A stretch of DNA of 64,000 bases from Ginglymostoma cirratum (Eukaryota), in NCBI GenBank assembly GCA_024137785.1, contig JAHRHZ010000038.1, positions 6,631,887-6,695,886 on the forward strand. The letters run 5' to 3'. Below the pieces are notes generated by a model that had not been told where the DNA came from, made no database searches, and worked only from the letters and a program-made list of their open reading frames with translations. A program made the translations under genes and the position numbers. Every line of letters begins with the position of its first letter. Position 1 is the first letter of the stretch. Positions 1-13,084 of the stretch are shown here, in pieces.

Positions 1-139
1 TTCATAATTACTGTGGTCAAATAGTACCTAATCTATACAAGAGTCAGAATGCTTGTAATGGGGTATATACATGGTGTATATATAGAGAGGAGAGAGTGTG
101 TGTATGTGAATATTTATTTTGTTCTCTTTATTAATACAG

Positions 140-252
140 GATCTATCAAGCTGTGATAGTAATGATGTCACCTTGCTCTTTATAAAGCCAGCCTTGCCTG
201 CATTTGAGAAGGTCATTATATATCTCTGGTACCAGTGAGCAAAGAGTTTCCA
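140..252 (+). other. RNF220: 5' UTR portion of the RNF220 first coding exon
   Basis: Pyrimidine-rich acceptor ttttgttctctttattaatacAG (AG 138-139), 113 nt upstream of the ATG. An in-frame TGA at 205 closes the frame upstream. Confidence 0.75.
162..185 (+). promoter_or_regulatory. Upstream ORF MMSPCSL* in the 5' UTR
   Basis: ATG ATG TCA CCT TGC TCT TTA TAA read directly; ends 67 nt before the main ATG. Confidence 0.6.
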
Positions 253-880
253 ATGGACTTGCACAGAACAGCTTTCAAGATGGAGAATTCTTCATACCTT
301 CCTAACCCCCTTGCATCTCCAGCTTTGATGGTCCTGGCGTCGACTGCAGAGGCCAGTCGAGATGCCTCCATCTCCTGTCAGCAGCCTAGACCCTTTGGAG
401 TACCTGTCTCTGTGGACAAAGATGTCCATATTCCCTTTACTAATGGCTCCTATACCTTTGCCTCAATGTACCACCGTCAGGGCGGGGTGCCAGGAGCTTT
501 CCCGAACCGAGACTTTCCCCCTCAACTTTTGCACCTGCATCATCAATTTGCACCTCCAAATCTGGACTGTACCCCAATCAGCATGCTGAACCATAGTGGT
601 GTTGGGGCATTTCGACCTTTTGCCTCCGCTGAAGACAGAGACAGTTACCAGTCAGCCTTTACACCTGCCAAAAGACTGAAGAACTGCCATGAAACCGAAT
701 CCCCTCATCTGAGGTTTTCAGACTCTGAGGGCAAGGAGTACGAGTTCACATCCCAGATCCCATCCAGTTCCCCCAGTTCACTGAAGCTAGATGACACTGG
801 AAAAAAGGTCTTTGCTGTGTCAGGTCTCATCTCTGACCGGGAGAACTCGGCAAGCCCTGAAGAAAATCGAAATGAGAGAT
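253..880 (+). CDS. RNF220: RING finger protein 220 (E3 ubiquitin ligase), first coding exon, 209 codons + 1 nt
   Basis: Translation MDLHRTAFKMENSSYLPNPLASPALMVLASTAEASRDAS...AFRPFAS...SAFTPAKRLKNCH...VSGLISDRE...ENRNER matches the vertebrate RNF220 N-terminus as I recall it. ATG at 253; canonical donor T|GTAAGT at 881. Confidence 0.97.
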
Positions 881-1579
881 GTAAGTATTTTTTCTTTTAC
901 ATATTTTAATTATTTTGGGCCCTTTTTATTGTTCAAATTGAAATTTTCAGCACGTAACTAAAATTTGTGACTTTGTTACCAAAAAGCAGAGCACATTTCA
1001 CAATATTTAGACTATCATGAATATTTTCATGTCTTAGTGTGTTGGTTGTGTTTGCTAAGTTTACCTTACATTTGAACTAACCTAGTATTGAATATTAATA
1101 ATATATAGTTAAGTTAAAAATTCAAGCTACCAAAACTTTTAGAATAGTTGCCTTTGTTTTCAATGAAATCCGAAGTTGAAATATATGGGCAACACTTAAA
1201 GTTGACTACCTGTTATGTTTCATCTTGTAAGCTTTAATTTCATTTGGCTTATACATTCTTCAGATGCAGATATTTGTTTGCTTGAAAGTACAGCTTTTTT
1301 CCAAAGCCTTACGGTTTAAGATAAAACTAAGTAAAACAAATGGAATTTCATCTTCCAATGATTAAAATTCTCTGAAGGAGTTAAGTAATGATTACATTTT
1401 CTCAGTGCAACTAATGGTTTCAGTGTTCACTCAAAGAAAAAGATTTGTTATCATTGACAATTTTCACTCACGCCACCTTGCAATCTGAATAACTCCGAGG
1501 AGAAAAAGGCCTTGTAACTGAGAGGAAACCAATTCACTGCAGCTGTTTTGTGATATTTGTTGAGTTAAATTGCAAACCT

Positions 1580-2570
1580 AAAATTTTGTGAGGGCTCATC
1601 AGCAGTCTGAGAAGAAAGGTGGTACTTAGAGGATGAGGTGATAATGGGTGATAAGTTAACAAGCTTCAGCTGTGGGAAGCTACTGACTTTTGTTACTGTT
1701 TGTTTTGGTTGAAGAAAGAGTAAGAGGTGACAAGGCAAATGGTCGAAAAAGTGAGAATAATAATAGAATTGTAATAGACTGACAGAAAGTGAAAGGAAAG
1801 TAGAACAAGGTGAGTTACAAGCAATTAAGTCATAAGGTTGTTGGAGAGATCGACGAAATAACAAATTAATGCATAAATAATCGTAAAAGTTTAGACTGTA
1901 GTGAGTAACTCAAAAGGTCTATATTATACTAAAGAATGAATGATTAATCTGCACGCATTGAATCAGAATCCAGGCCCCAATCTTCCTTCCTGAGTAGTTA
2001 AGAAAAAAAATCCTTAAAACAACAAAACATGGATGTCTTTGCTTCCTTCCTGACAGGACTAACCTGGTTGCTTTTCTTTTTCATAAATTTCTTTTGATTT
2101 ATTGGGCAAACAAGTTCGAGCAAGGGCATCTGGGATAGCAAATGATGCGGGAAGTGGCACAGATTGAAATATATGGTAATATTCTTTTCTTTTGCAGCAA
2201 ATAAACTTTGGCATAAGTGTTCTTGATAATCATATGGCCATCAGGGTGTTTTGCACTACTTAACCAGATGTGAAACGGCTGATCTTTTTCAGTTCTCCCC
2301 ACTGGTTTTCAGCTAGCATCCCTTTCACATTTCTTTAAGTGCTTCCCTCCCCTCTTTTCCTCTACCTCTTCTTATGGTAATGACAACCACTAATATGGAA
2401 AAATCGAGAGGAAGAAGGCAGTAGTGGATCGGCTTTGAGCACTTGCTGAGAGCCAGTATTATACAGCCCTGTCTTTAAGCCTGTGGTGTAGCAAAAAGGA
2501 TTTGAGGGTTGTTGGAATGAATGTTGAGGTGCGAAGGAGATAAGGGAAAGGACAATTGGCCTTTTACACT
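1580..2570 (-). mobile_element. Two highly decayed L2-like LINE ORF2 fragments (~1580-1860, ~2380-2570)
   Basis: Purine-rich + strand. The minus strand gives weak remnants such as VDLS..YDLI (cf. LDLSAAFDT) and TSY..NQ.Q. Confidence 0.3.
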
Positions 2571-5500
2571 CTGCCATTTGTTATAAGGCTGAGGTGTGAG
2601 TTGACAGTTTTTTTTAAAAAATGGCCTCATCCTATGCTCTGTGTTAAATTGCATGCAGCTGGATTAAGGATATCTTTTAAGCAGATAAATATGCATTGGC
2701 AGCTTTGGATGACTGCAAATAAGAATGCTCAAGAAAAAAATGTTAGTAGAGGAAATGGTTATAATAGCTCCTAGTTCACTTTAATCTAAAAGCAGTACAT
2801 TATTTTAAAACTGATTTTATAGATGCTGACTTACTTGACATCTGCAAAGTGTATCCTGCCAAATACACACCCATAGTGGTTGTTTCATATGAAAGCAGCA
2901 TTAAGCCTCTACTTTGATATTCCAAGCCATCTGCTTCAGTTTTAGGAATTCTTTTCATCCCTCAACCAAGATGAGAGGCTAAACATGTCTATTTTGTGGA
3001 TGATTTAAAAAATCGTGTTAAAATGTACAAGCCTGATTTATTACAAGTAACTTAACTAAAGCTTGAATTCTCCAGCATCTCAGAGATATAAACAGCAATT
3101 GAAATTGGAAGTGAAATATAACCAGACATTCCTTTACTTACCCAATTTGTTTTGGGGAGTGGTTAATATTATTGGCATTTTGTTTGGCATAAGTTTAGAC
3201 TTTAAGAGCCACTACAGCACATGGATGCTTAGTGTGGATCGTTTGTTGAAATTCTTCCTTCAATTTCTATTTGTTTTGAAAAATACATTTTGGTATCAGA
3301 ATTTGTTTTTAGTTAGCAATCTGTACGTTTTTAGTTTTATCTATTCGACTGCCTAAGGACTCGTATTTATTGCTCTATCTACGTACTTTTTGTTAACGCT
3401 GATGGCAATGTACAACTGTACAGGATAAATGGATGATTTTCAAAGTGATGTTTCATTATGAATGCTGTCGTCTGAAATATTGCAGCTAAATGGTAATATG
3501 TATGGAATTTTTGGGGGCTGCCAGAGGCTTACTACACAGATCTGTCACTTTCCTTGAGCAACAACCCTGACGACCTCTATTCAAAGTACCATCGATTTCC
3601 TTTCTTTTTTCCTTCCCAAAAAATCTGTAACACGACTGCTGCCAAGGGAGTACCTGCTCACTTGCAGCATGGCATTTCTCCTCTTTTAAATACTGTTGCT
3701 CAAAAAAAAGGCACCAATAAAAACTTTGAAAATTTTCTTCAAAAAAATTCTCAGTCCATGGCAAAATGATACAGATTTGCAGTTCCCTGTTATTTTAAAA
3801 AGTTTAGACTTTGCCTGTGTTTTTTTTAAAATTGCCTGTTTTAAATGCAATGTGTACTGATTAGCAATGTGTTCCCAGGCAAATGCCCAGAATCAGAATT
3901 TCCATGTGTTTGAAACAGTTTGTATTGTGTAAGATTCTAGGCTTGAACGAATCTTTTAAAGAGGAAAGAAGCTCGTGGTTATTAGATTATAACCAATGTT
4001 CTGTTTAGTTTTGGATTTTTTGTATTTTCATTGTTTAGTGGAATATGTGTCTTTAATGTATCAGTTCAGCTTAGGAAATCACAAAAGAAATGAATAAAGC
4101 CATCAACAAATTATTAGGACGTGAAAATAACCTTGACCTAAGAAAAGTAAGCTTTGAATAAATAAAACTAAATGAGAAAGAAACAATTAAAGTTTTAAAA
4201 ATTTAGAAAATCTTAAAGTATTTGTTTTGATCTAATGACATCTTAAGATTTTATTTGACCTTTCACACATTCATTCACATTCAACTTGCTACTTTCACTG
4301 TAACATGGAAGAAAAACTTTGTGTACTCTTGTACATAATGAATGGCTCTTGAACACAGACTCTGCACCATGTGAACAAGTCCAACATTTGTTTAACTAAA
4401 AGTTGGGGGGTGAGCAGGCATTTCAGGAATTGTTTCGTTTCTGAGCGATCACTGATCATTGTTGGTGAATATGGGCAGTGGGGGCTGGGTAGGTGGAGAG
4501 GGGTGGTAGGTTGTGGGGGGGTTGCTAATGACAGATATCTTCTCAACCGATAGCCCGTGTAAAGCTATGCATGTAAAGTCTTTGGGATAAAAGCAAACGG
4601 CTCCTCGAATCCTAACAATCAATGTTGCTGTACTACATTTTGTTAGTCCCTGTGCAGTGTTGTTTCATGTTTTTGTCTTCTTTATTTTTCATTTCAAAGT
4701 GTTCTGTGCACAGTTAGTGGCCCAATTTAAATTTTTGTTGCAGAATTCATGGCAAAGTGGGGCGTCTATCTTGTCTAGTCCATGTTTTATTTGTAAATGC
4801 CTCATTTCTCTGTAGGGGTACTATCTCTGTCTGGCAAAACATCTTTATTCTCATCAATTACTGCTCATTTGCCCTCTGTCTACATTTGTGCAATGTGTCT
4901 GGTCTACAGAGGCTGAAGGAGAGCTTGATGTTCAGTCAGTAAACCCACCAGGGAGACTCAGTCAGTATCCTCAGCTCTCTCCGACAGCATGATAACGCAT
5001 ACAATGAAGCAGACTACTGTCAGAAAGCAAGCTAGCATTACACCACACAGTTGTAATCACTTTTGCTACTCAGATCCAAAATAATGTTCATTGTACAAGC
5101 AATTCATACAAATTATGTGCTGATATATTTCCATTGTTAAAAACTCTTCATTAGTCAACGCATAAGACTGTTGTGACAATTATCATAGTTTTAGGCACCT
5201 TTTTCACAGTAATATAACTATTTCACATTCTGTGAAATAAGGAATAAAACCATAATGACTGTCCATCATTTATGAATGAAATTAACTTAAAGAATTTGCT
5301 GCAAATGATGGATAGGAAATTTCCTCACATTTATTTAGAAAATTTTCAGTTGCGTAATATATATTCACACCATGCATTGAGAATATTGAAAAGGAAATTA
5401 CATTGTACTGAATATCTTGAAGTAAAGAATTTCTCAGTGTTATTTTTAAAAATTGATCTATAAGAGAAAGACATCATACAAAATTGCCAACATTCAAGCA

Positions 5501-5969
5501 ATTAAACTGGAATTTTCTGATATTCTTTTAAATAAAATTAATTTGTTGCTTTTGCTATTACAGATTTTTAGGTAAACGTTTAATAATTAGTTGGCACAAG
5601 ATTATATAGTTTATGAAATATATAAAAATATAATAGCATTTCTAGGCTAATAATTGATAAATCCTTTAAATGTAAATCATTTCTAAGCAAAATAAGATTT
5701 CTTTTCTGCTGAGTAAATGTGATATGGATTAATAAAATGGGAAAAGAGAAACCTATAAAACTTGTGCAGTTAGTGGCAAGGTGGAATTACAAACATATTT
5801 GCAGTGTTTTTAGTGAGAGCTGTTCAATTATCTGAAAAATACTCGTCTTGGTCCAAAAATGATTAAATTAAATAGCACTACAATCTTTTAAGGGTTAATA
5901 TACATAACATATATGTTTTCAAAAGCCACACATCTTTGCAACAGGTCTGCCTGTTGCTTGCCAGTTAGT

Positions 5970-8220
5970 TTTTTTTTTAATTCAGCAAGTATCTTGTCCT
6001 TTTTTTTGTGAAAAATGGGTAGCAGCTGCTCTGGTGGGCTGTGTATCGTGAGTATAATTCAGTGGCTCGATTGTGTCTCTCTGCTTGTGTGCGAGAGGGA
6101 GAGAAAGAGCCATCCCTTTGTTTCCTTTGTGAGAGCCAGGTGACAGAGCCAGTGTTGAGAGGGCAGAAAAATAGCAACCGGCAGTTCTCTGGCAGCCGAG
6201 ATCAAAGAAGAAGGCAGGAGGTCTTTTCAAATTGGGGGCCCTGGTGTTGAAGCTATAATCACAGTTTACAGCAGCCACTTTCTGAAAGATACTAGCCTGG
6301 AAAAGAAAAAAAACTTTCCAGGAGCTAAGATAGTTAATTAAAACCAGCAAACAGGTGCCCTAACTGCAGCAGTGAATCAAATCATAAAGTTTTACAATGG
6401 AACAGTTTCTTTAAAACCAGTGGCAAAAAAAGCCCAAAAGAATTGGTTCACCTAGCATGTGGCACATGCCATTTACAAGCTCAGAGGCTTTTGGGAAGAA
6501 TATTAACACTTACATTTTGTTCGTAGAGTCTTGCAGATTTAATATATTAAAATGTTCCTTTCGCTTCTCCTGCAAGCCAAGCAGCTGTTTTAGTTTATTC
6601 AAAAAAAACCGTAGTTAATGCAAAATCAGCAGTGGCGCAGGGCTTATAAGAAAAAGATCAATCATGGAGAGGGGTGATAAATTAGACACATCAGCGAAAG
6701 AGAACACCTTAAATCGAGCTGGCTAGGTGACGGGGGAATGCATATTGAAGGATGGTGGCTGCTTGTGTTTTTCAATAAATAGAAACATCACATTTAATGG
6801 AACAAAGTAGCCATTTGAGTCTAGAATCTGGTAAATCTCTTCACACCCAAGTTTCAATGGTATTTTACACAATTTCATCATAACAATGTACTGAAAATTA
6901 ATTACTGAAGAAGTTTTTTATTTTGCAATTTTAAAAGTAAATTTGTATCCTTATAAACATTAACTTTTCTTAAATATATCTTTTTACATATAATTTTCAC
7001 ATCCCTGAAATAACTAAAGAAATTATACTTGGAGCTATATCCCACACTTCAAATTTGATTTTGAGCTCATGAATTAATGAAGGAGTTTTTCTGAAAAAAG
7101 TCCTGTTGATAATTATGTAAAGTGCAAATTTAAAAGTAATTAGACCAAGGACAACAGGTCACCGAGTTGTTAATCACACAAGAAACCCAGTGAATTCACC
7201 CCTGCTAAAATGCACTCATCCATTTCCCTCAGGAAGACAGCTCATCATTTACATTTCTGATAGACAAGAATTTTAGTCCTCTTCAGCCCCACTGTGGAAC
7301 AGGCACCAGAAAAGTTGGCATTCATATTAACCAGGCTGTCTGTTCAACCCCAAACAGATTGCCATTTAAAGTATTGATTGAGACAGTGAAGGCTTCGGGT
7401 TATAAACAGATGAGGGGAAAAAGGCCGGTGTGTGAGTGTGAGCAGGGGATGGGGGGAATAAAACATACATGTTAGCAAAAATTGTCTTTCCTTTTTATAC
7501 GTCATTGCAGTTCATGAAAGAAAATAAGGGATTCTTCTATTACGTATAGGTTGAGTCACTTAACTTCAAGAAATTAAGGAAACAGTGAATAGCTCACTTA
7601 TTTATTAATGAATTTTTGTGCTCAAATAGCTAAGCAAATCATTCCTTGGTTTTATCCTACAGCCTTTACAGTTCTAATTATCGAACTGCCCTTATGACCG
7701 GGAATTAATTTCTGTGTGGCCTAAAGTATTTTTAAATTTATTTCCATAACAATTTTAAATAGAGTGGGGAAAGAAAAACAGTTGTAGGAAGATGATAAGA
7801 GGTTACCAGTCTCTGATGTCATAGTATTAATCCCAATAGTTGTGTTCTTGTCAAATTAATGGATCACATTTGCTTGGTTACCTCCCAATGATAAATTAAT
7901 TGTAATGATGACTGGCTTTATTATGAGGTCTGTGCCATCGCTTGTAATCTGGGCAACAGCTTTAGGTGTTTTTTTTTCTGTTTCTTTTTCCTTGTTTCAT
8001 TTAAAGTGTCCTGTAATTACAGGGGTGTTAGCAAATGCAGAGAGGGTGATATGATTTATCCTGCACAGACAGCCATGACACAGCTGTTTGGAAGATAAAA
8101 TAGTACAACCGTGTAGCTACAAAATGCTCTCCTTATTATACCTCATTAAAAGCAGGCTGCGATAAGTCAGCCAAGCAATGAATAAAATCTATTGCCTATG
8201 TAGGAAACAGATATCTGAGT
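5970..8220. promoter_or_regulatory. Candidate cluster of conserved non-coding (enhancer-like) elements
   Basis: Repeat-free, non-coding and dense in TAAT/TAATTA, TGATTTAT, GATCAAAG and CTTTGT motifs. Conservation itself was not tested. Confidence 0.45.
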
Positions 8221-8233
8221 ACCTTCAGAGCTT

Positions 8234-8252
8234 TGTGTGTGTGTGTGTGTGT

Positions 8253-8286
<34 letters not shown>
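8234..8286 (+). repeat. (TG)n microsatellite with one interruption
   Basis: Seen directly. Confidence 0.98.
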
Positions 8287-8288
<2 letters not shown>

Positions 8289-9439
8289 ATGACATGATAA
8301 TAGCTTGGCAGGGAAAAATTATGCCTTGTTTTATTCTTTTTCCCTTCTGCTTGTGAGTGAAAGCAGATAGCATGTAGTGCTTCTCAGTAATTAGTAGATC
8401 TTTCAGGAGTGACAGAAAGGAATCTTTGATTTCAAGGATTGTTCTAAGTGCAGTCATGATGTATCAATTTGACTTTTAGTTATCTGACCACCTTAAAATC
8501 ATAGTCCCTTGTTCTCCTCTTTCCATTATCATCAGTAGACCACATTTAAATTTGGAGCAGCAGAAAAATGATTTTGCTTTGATTAAATTTGTGTCATGAT
8601 TTCATTTTTTTTATGTTTGAGTATTATGTTAATCAAACTTGGAAGGCAGAGAAGTGCCTTTCTGGCTGATTTTAAAAATGCTTCTGAATCTTTCATACAG
8701 GATTTTAGGGGGGCTTTAAGAATTGGAGAATCTTTCATATGTCATTTCAAAGTTTTCTGAATTAGATCATGGCTTTTAAATTTGGTATTTGTATCTATTA
8801 ATTGTAAATGGGCTAGTTGGAATTATTACCTAACTAGGTTATAACATTGTGCATTGTGGATTTTGTCAAGCATGGGACATTAGTATTGCTGTTAATACAC
8901 ATAGGAGTTACTAACCTCCTGCCTTGGTATGGTGTTACTTATGCAAGTATATACAGAATGAGTATGGATTCAGAATGGAGTATAAATGAGCTGGGCATAG
9001 GGAATAGATACTTTTTGCACATATGAATATAAGCAAAGCAGAATCATTTCTGGCCACATTTGAGAAATGAGCACTTTGCTATAAAGATGCTCAGTGAATG
9101 AAGGCATTCATTCTGAGTAAAAGCCTCACAAATTAATAGGAATGCATAAAGTTAGTTAAGAAATGTGTTTGCACAAAGCTACTCAGCACGGATAAGGATG
9201 TGGAAAATAAATATGGCTATTTAGAGTAGACAAGAATGAGAAAGGAGTATAGATGTTCAGCATTAATAAAGATACATAGTTTGAACAAGGAAAATAGAAT
9301 GAACATGAGAGTATAGTGTAAGAATACATACAATGAATGAGGATATGATAGGTTTAGTGTATGGAAGGTGACAAAGAATGAATAGGACAATAGCATGGAT
9401 AGTGACTAAAGATGTATGAAGTAAGGGTGAGCATATAAC

Positions 9440-10340
9440 ATACATAGAACTAACAAACATGGAAGCAGGCCACTTGGCCCAGTCATTACGTATTGCCCTC
9501 TCATGGACAAAAACTTCTAGTTAATTTAGGCAACATGGATGCCTATCTCTGTTCTTTATTTTGTTCACGCCCTATCTAACATGGAACATTTAATACAGTA
9601 CCTGCCTCAACAATGACCCTGGAAATGAATATTACAGTCTCACAACTCTCTGTGTTTCTTAATCTCATATCTACAACTTTTCATCATTGACTCCTCAACT
9701 ACTGGAAGCAGTCTTCTTCTTCCTACCCTATCACGTACTTCCATAAATTTTAATTGCTACTATCATATCATCCAAAATGTACCTTCTAATGATGGAAGAT
9801 TTTTTTTCCTTTTTTTTGCATATTTTTATTTCCTCTTCCTAGAAATCATCTTAGTGAATCTGCATCAGACTTATAGGATGGATGTTGAGACTTTAACCTA
9901 CAGTATCAACTCCAATACTATATTAATACTCTAACTGAGGTAATATTAAGATTTTGTATGATATACCATTACCTCTTATGATAAAACCTAGAAATGCATT
10001 AATTTTATTTTTAATGATTGTTTCAACCATGATGAGGCCTTTAATGTTCTGTGAACATCTCCTTGTGCTACTTTACCCAAGTCCCTCTGCTCTTCAAAAG
10101 TACTGAACTTAGTTCCATTCAGTTACTGTTGAATTCCACCTCCTATAGTTTTGCCCAGTCCTATATCTTGCCATTAACTTTATACAGCCTCATTTAGTCT
10201 TCAAGATAGTTATTCATATCTCTTGATATTCACTGCAAATTTTAGTATTACTTCTTCTAGGGGTACATTCAAATCATTGATGTAAACAATGAATAGATAT
10301 GGCCTCAGAACTGAATCTTGTGAGTTACCATTATTGACTC
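9440..10340 (-). mobile_element. Decayed CR1 LINE 3' part
   Basis: Antisense CR1 tail (catagaac...gcaggccacttggccc) at the left end; antisense remnant of the GVPQGSVLGP motif (ggcctcagaactgaatcttgtgagttacc) at the right end. Confidence 0.7.
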
Positions 10341-11299
10341 AACCATTCTAAATATCAATGATAAAGGAAATATGACATAAGAAATAAGAATGTGCATAGA
10401 AAATAGATATATATAGAGTAAGGATGTACATCAAAGTTAAAGCTATGAAAGATAGAATAAGGGACGACATGCTTTTTAAGAATGTAAGGGATAATGAAGC
10501 ACAAAGTAAGTTGCAATCATAAACAAATTAGAAATTTGAATATAGTTATATGAATGTAGGCACGCACTATGAATAAAGATATGTACAGTATAGGTTTTCT
10601 TTCTAAAAAACATTTTGGGGGATGTTAAGTTCCCAAGTACTTTGGAGAAGGCATGATTGAGATTTGATACGTCGGATCATAAGTTACTTCATATTGCCCT
10701 GGATTATTTAACATTTTCAAGGTGATGAGGCAGGCAGACAGAGGCCTCAACATTTGTATCAAATTAAAAGAAAATAGGTCAATGGAATGCTTGGACATGG
10801 CGGGAATGAAGATTGTACCCCAACCCTTCTCATTATCATAGGAGTTAAGACTTGTGGCTGAGCTACATTATAGAAGTCTCTTAGTTTTGCTTCTGCTCCA
10901 GTTTACCAGCATAAAGACTTGCCAGAAAAAAGAAACACAATGGAACATAGAGAAGCCTAATATCCTTCATGTGAACTATGCTTGCCTGGTGCCTGAATAA
11001 GGGGAAAGGAGCATGAAAAATTAACTGAAATCAAGTACAGTGTGCACAATGACTATAACCGGAGTAAAGCTATAAACAATGATCAAGAATGTGCCTTTGT
11101 CAAAGTATCCATCTTAAATTTGGATCTTAGTGTTAATACTGTTGAAACTTTTCCCTGTGTTTATTAGCTCCAAACTCTCCAAACTTGATTTTCCCATTTT
11201 TAGCAAAATGTTTCTGTGTAAGCTTCGTGGTGCCTGATCCACCGTGGCCCGTGGTTTTTTCTGTCACAATCTTCCACGTTTCATCTTAATGTGCAGCTG

Positions 11300-12820
11300 G
11301 CCTTAACAGCACCTGTCTCATGGAAGCATGTGGCAGAAGAGACAGAAACACTTGCCAGTACTTACCAATGCCTTCTATAGTTCGCACAACTGGCACCTCA
11401 TTTAAGCACCCTCTTTATATCATGTCAGATACAGAAAGTCAGGAACTGCCCTTCACACTATAGGCCTGGTCCATTAAGCAAGGAAATAACTTAGAAATGC
11501 AAGTTAACTCTTCAGTTTGCCAACAGGGATCTGAAGGTGTTGGTAGATAGAGTGGTGGAGAAAAGGGCAGTGTGCATCTTCCTGACCAGCAAAGGAGGCC
11601 ACACCACCAGACATAGCCAGCCTAAACCAAGATAGCACTGACCCAGATCACTGTGTCCCAGGTGAAGCAAAGTGCACAGTAGTCCAGAAAGATGGTTAAT
11701 GTTCTTTTGTGCTCCACAAGTGTAAGTGCCACCATTTTCTCTCTGCTACCTCACACTCAGGGCCAACACGCATTCTAACTCTGCCACTGCATATGCCACT
11801 CTCACCGAGGCTCGTGGACCACTATTCTCGCTATTTCATACATTATATACACTGAATGGTTCTCACCCGCCTCACCTTCCCAAACAACTAACTTTCCCTA
11901 CCCTTTATACTTCCTACTCACTCAGTGGGACACCTCACCACTTCCCCTTCATTACCACTAGCTGTTCTTTCACCCATTTTCCTCACACTCATTCCGACCC
12001 TTTGTCTCATTGCAGGAAAATTTAACCTACCTAGCCCAGACCAATGTCTCCAAGGCACCCTGACTGGCCTAAATATAATGCCTGGACTGGTTGTACTTGA
12101 TCTACAGGATTGATCATGGCCTCTCCATCTGGAATTGATCGAGCCAATTGAATGTGGCAGTACCCCCAACTGACTTTAGACCCCTTGATTTCAGCAAGGA
12201 CTGATTGGTTCCCTTTGACTTTTAAGCAGGGGCATTTGTTTAAAGCACATACTGTGTGTTTGCTACATAAGTTGCCTGCACATACTGTAAGCGTGGCATT
12301 AATGTAGCATATTTCCATACAACAACATGTCTGCCTGACTCTCCCTCAATGCTAATGAAACAGTGGAAGCCACAGTGGCTGGCAGCCTCGAAGTAAGTGC
12401 AAAATGAGTGAGTGCTAAGAAATGAAATAAAGAAGCATAAGATGCATCTTTTCCAGATGCGAGAGAGGCATCTGTGTCCTTGTGTGCATGGTGACCTGGC
12501 ATGCATATGCAAATCATTGATGCCAGCCAAAGTGAAGTCCTGAAGAGCTAAAGTGCTGTGTGAGTTTGTCCAAGAACAGGCATAATAATATGATGTGGCT
12601 GGCAATTTGCTGATGCTAGTTGCTTGGGAGAAGGTTGGAGACGTACAGTGTCCATGGAGGATGCAGGGATGTTGTAATGAAGGCCTGTAGAAGCAAGTGG
12701 TAGACTCAGAATTTCATTTCAGGAATTGGCAGCATCTAGTTTTTCAGCAAAGGAAAGGAGAACTGGAAACTGCATAGAAATGAGGTGATTTGGACAATTA
12801 ATGAGATTCAAATTCTTGGA
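11300..12820 (+). mobile_element. PIF/Harbinger relic with a decayed Myb/SANT-like gene
   Basis: From ~11510 reads LQFANRDLKVLVDRVVEKRAV/LPDQQRRPHHQT*PA*...QSAQ*SRKMVNVLLCSTS, then donor GTAAGT at 11722 and acceptor ttgcAG at 12014-12015. Confidence 0.7.
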
Positions 12821-13084
12821 AATAAGGTAATAATAACTATTCATTAGTGAGACTATGAACTCAGTGTTTAAATCTGAAAAGAAAGATTGGAAAAAATATT
12901 CCCAATGAGATTCAGATTTTTTTCATTTTTATCGTATTTTCCCATGTTTCTTGCAATCGCCCATATCACTTAAGTGAGCGAATATTTCACATCACTTTTC
13001 TATTGTCCTCCCTGTTGGCTTCTTGAACTGTAGCCTGTTACAAGTCCAACTTGTCCAAAATTCAATTGGCTGGTACCTGCAACA

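Noticed and set aside
235-252. GTG-initiated N-terminal extension MSKEFP from the ORF track
   Set aside because: Homology starts at the ATG at 253 (MDLHR); the GTG start is an ORF-caller artefact.
881-909. C-terminal CKYFFFYIF of the 224-aa ORF
   Set aside because: Read-through of the GTAAGT donor into T-rich intron. The CK match to the real continuation is a coincidence of the donor sequence.
3486-3769. Overlapping 71-92 aa ORFs
   Set aside because: No recognisable homology, poly-A/T-driven composition, no clear splice context.
5219-5239. Perfect 9-bp hairpin TATTTCACA-ttc-TGTGAAATA
   Set aside because: AT-rich and short; expected by chance in 64 kb.
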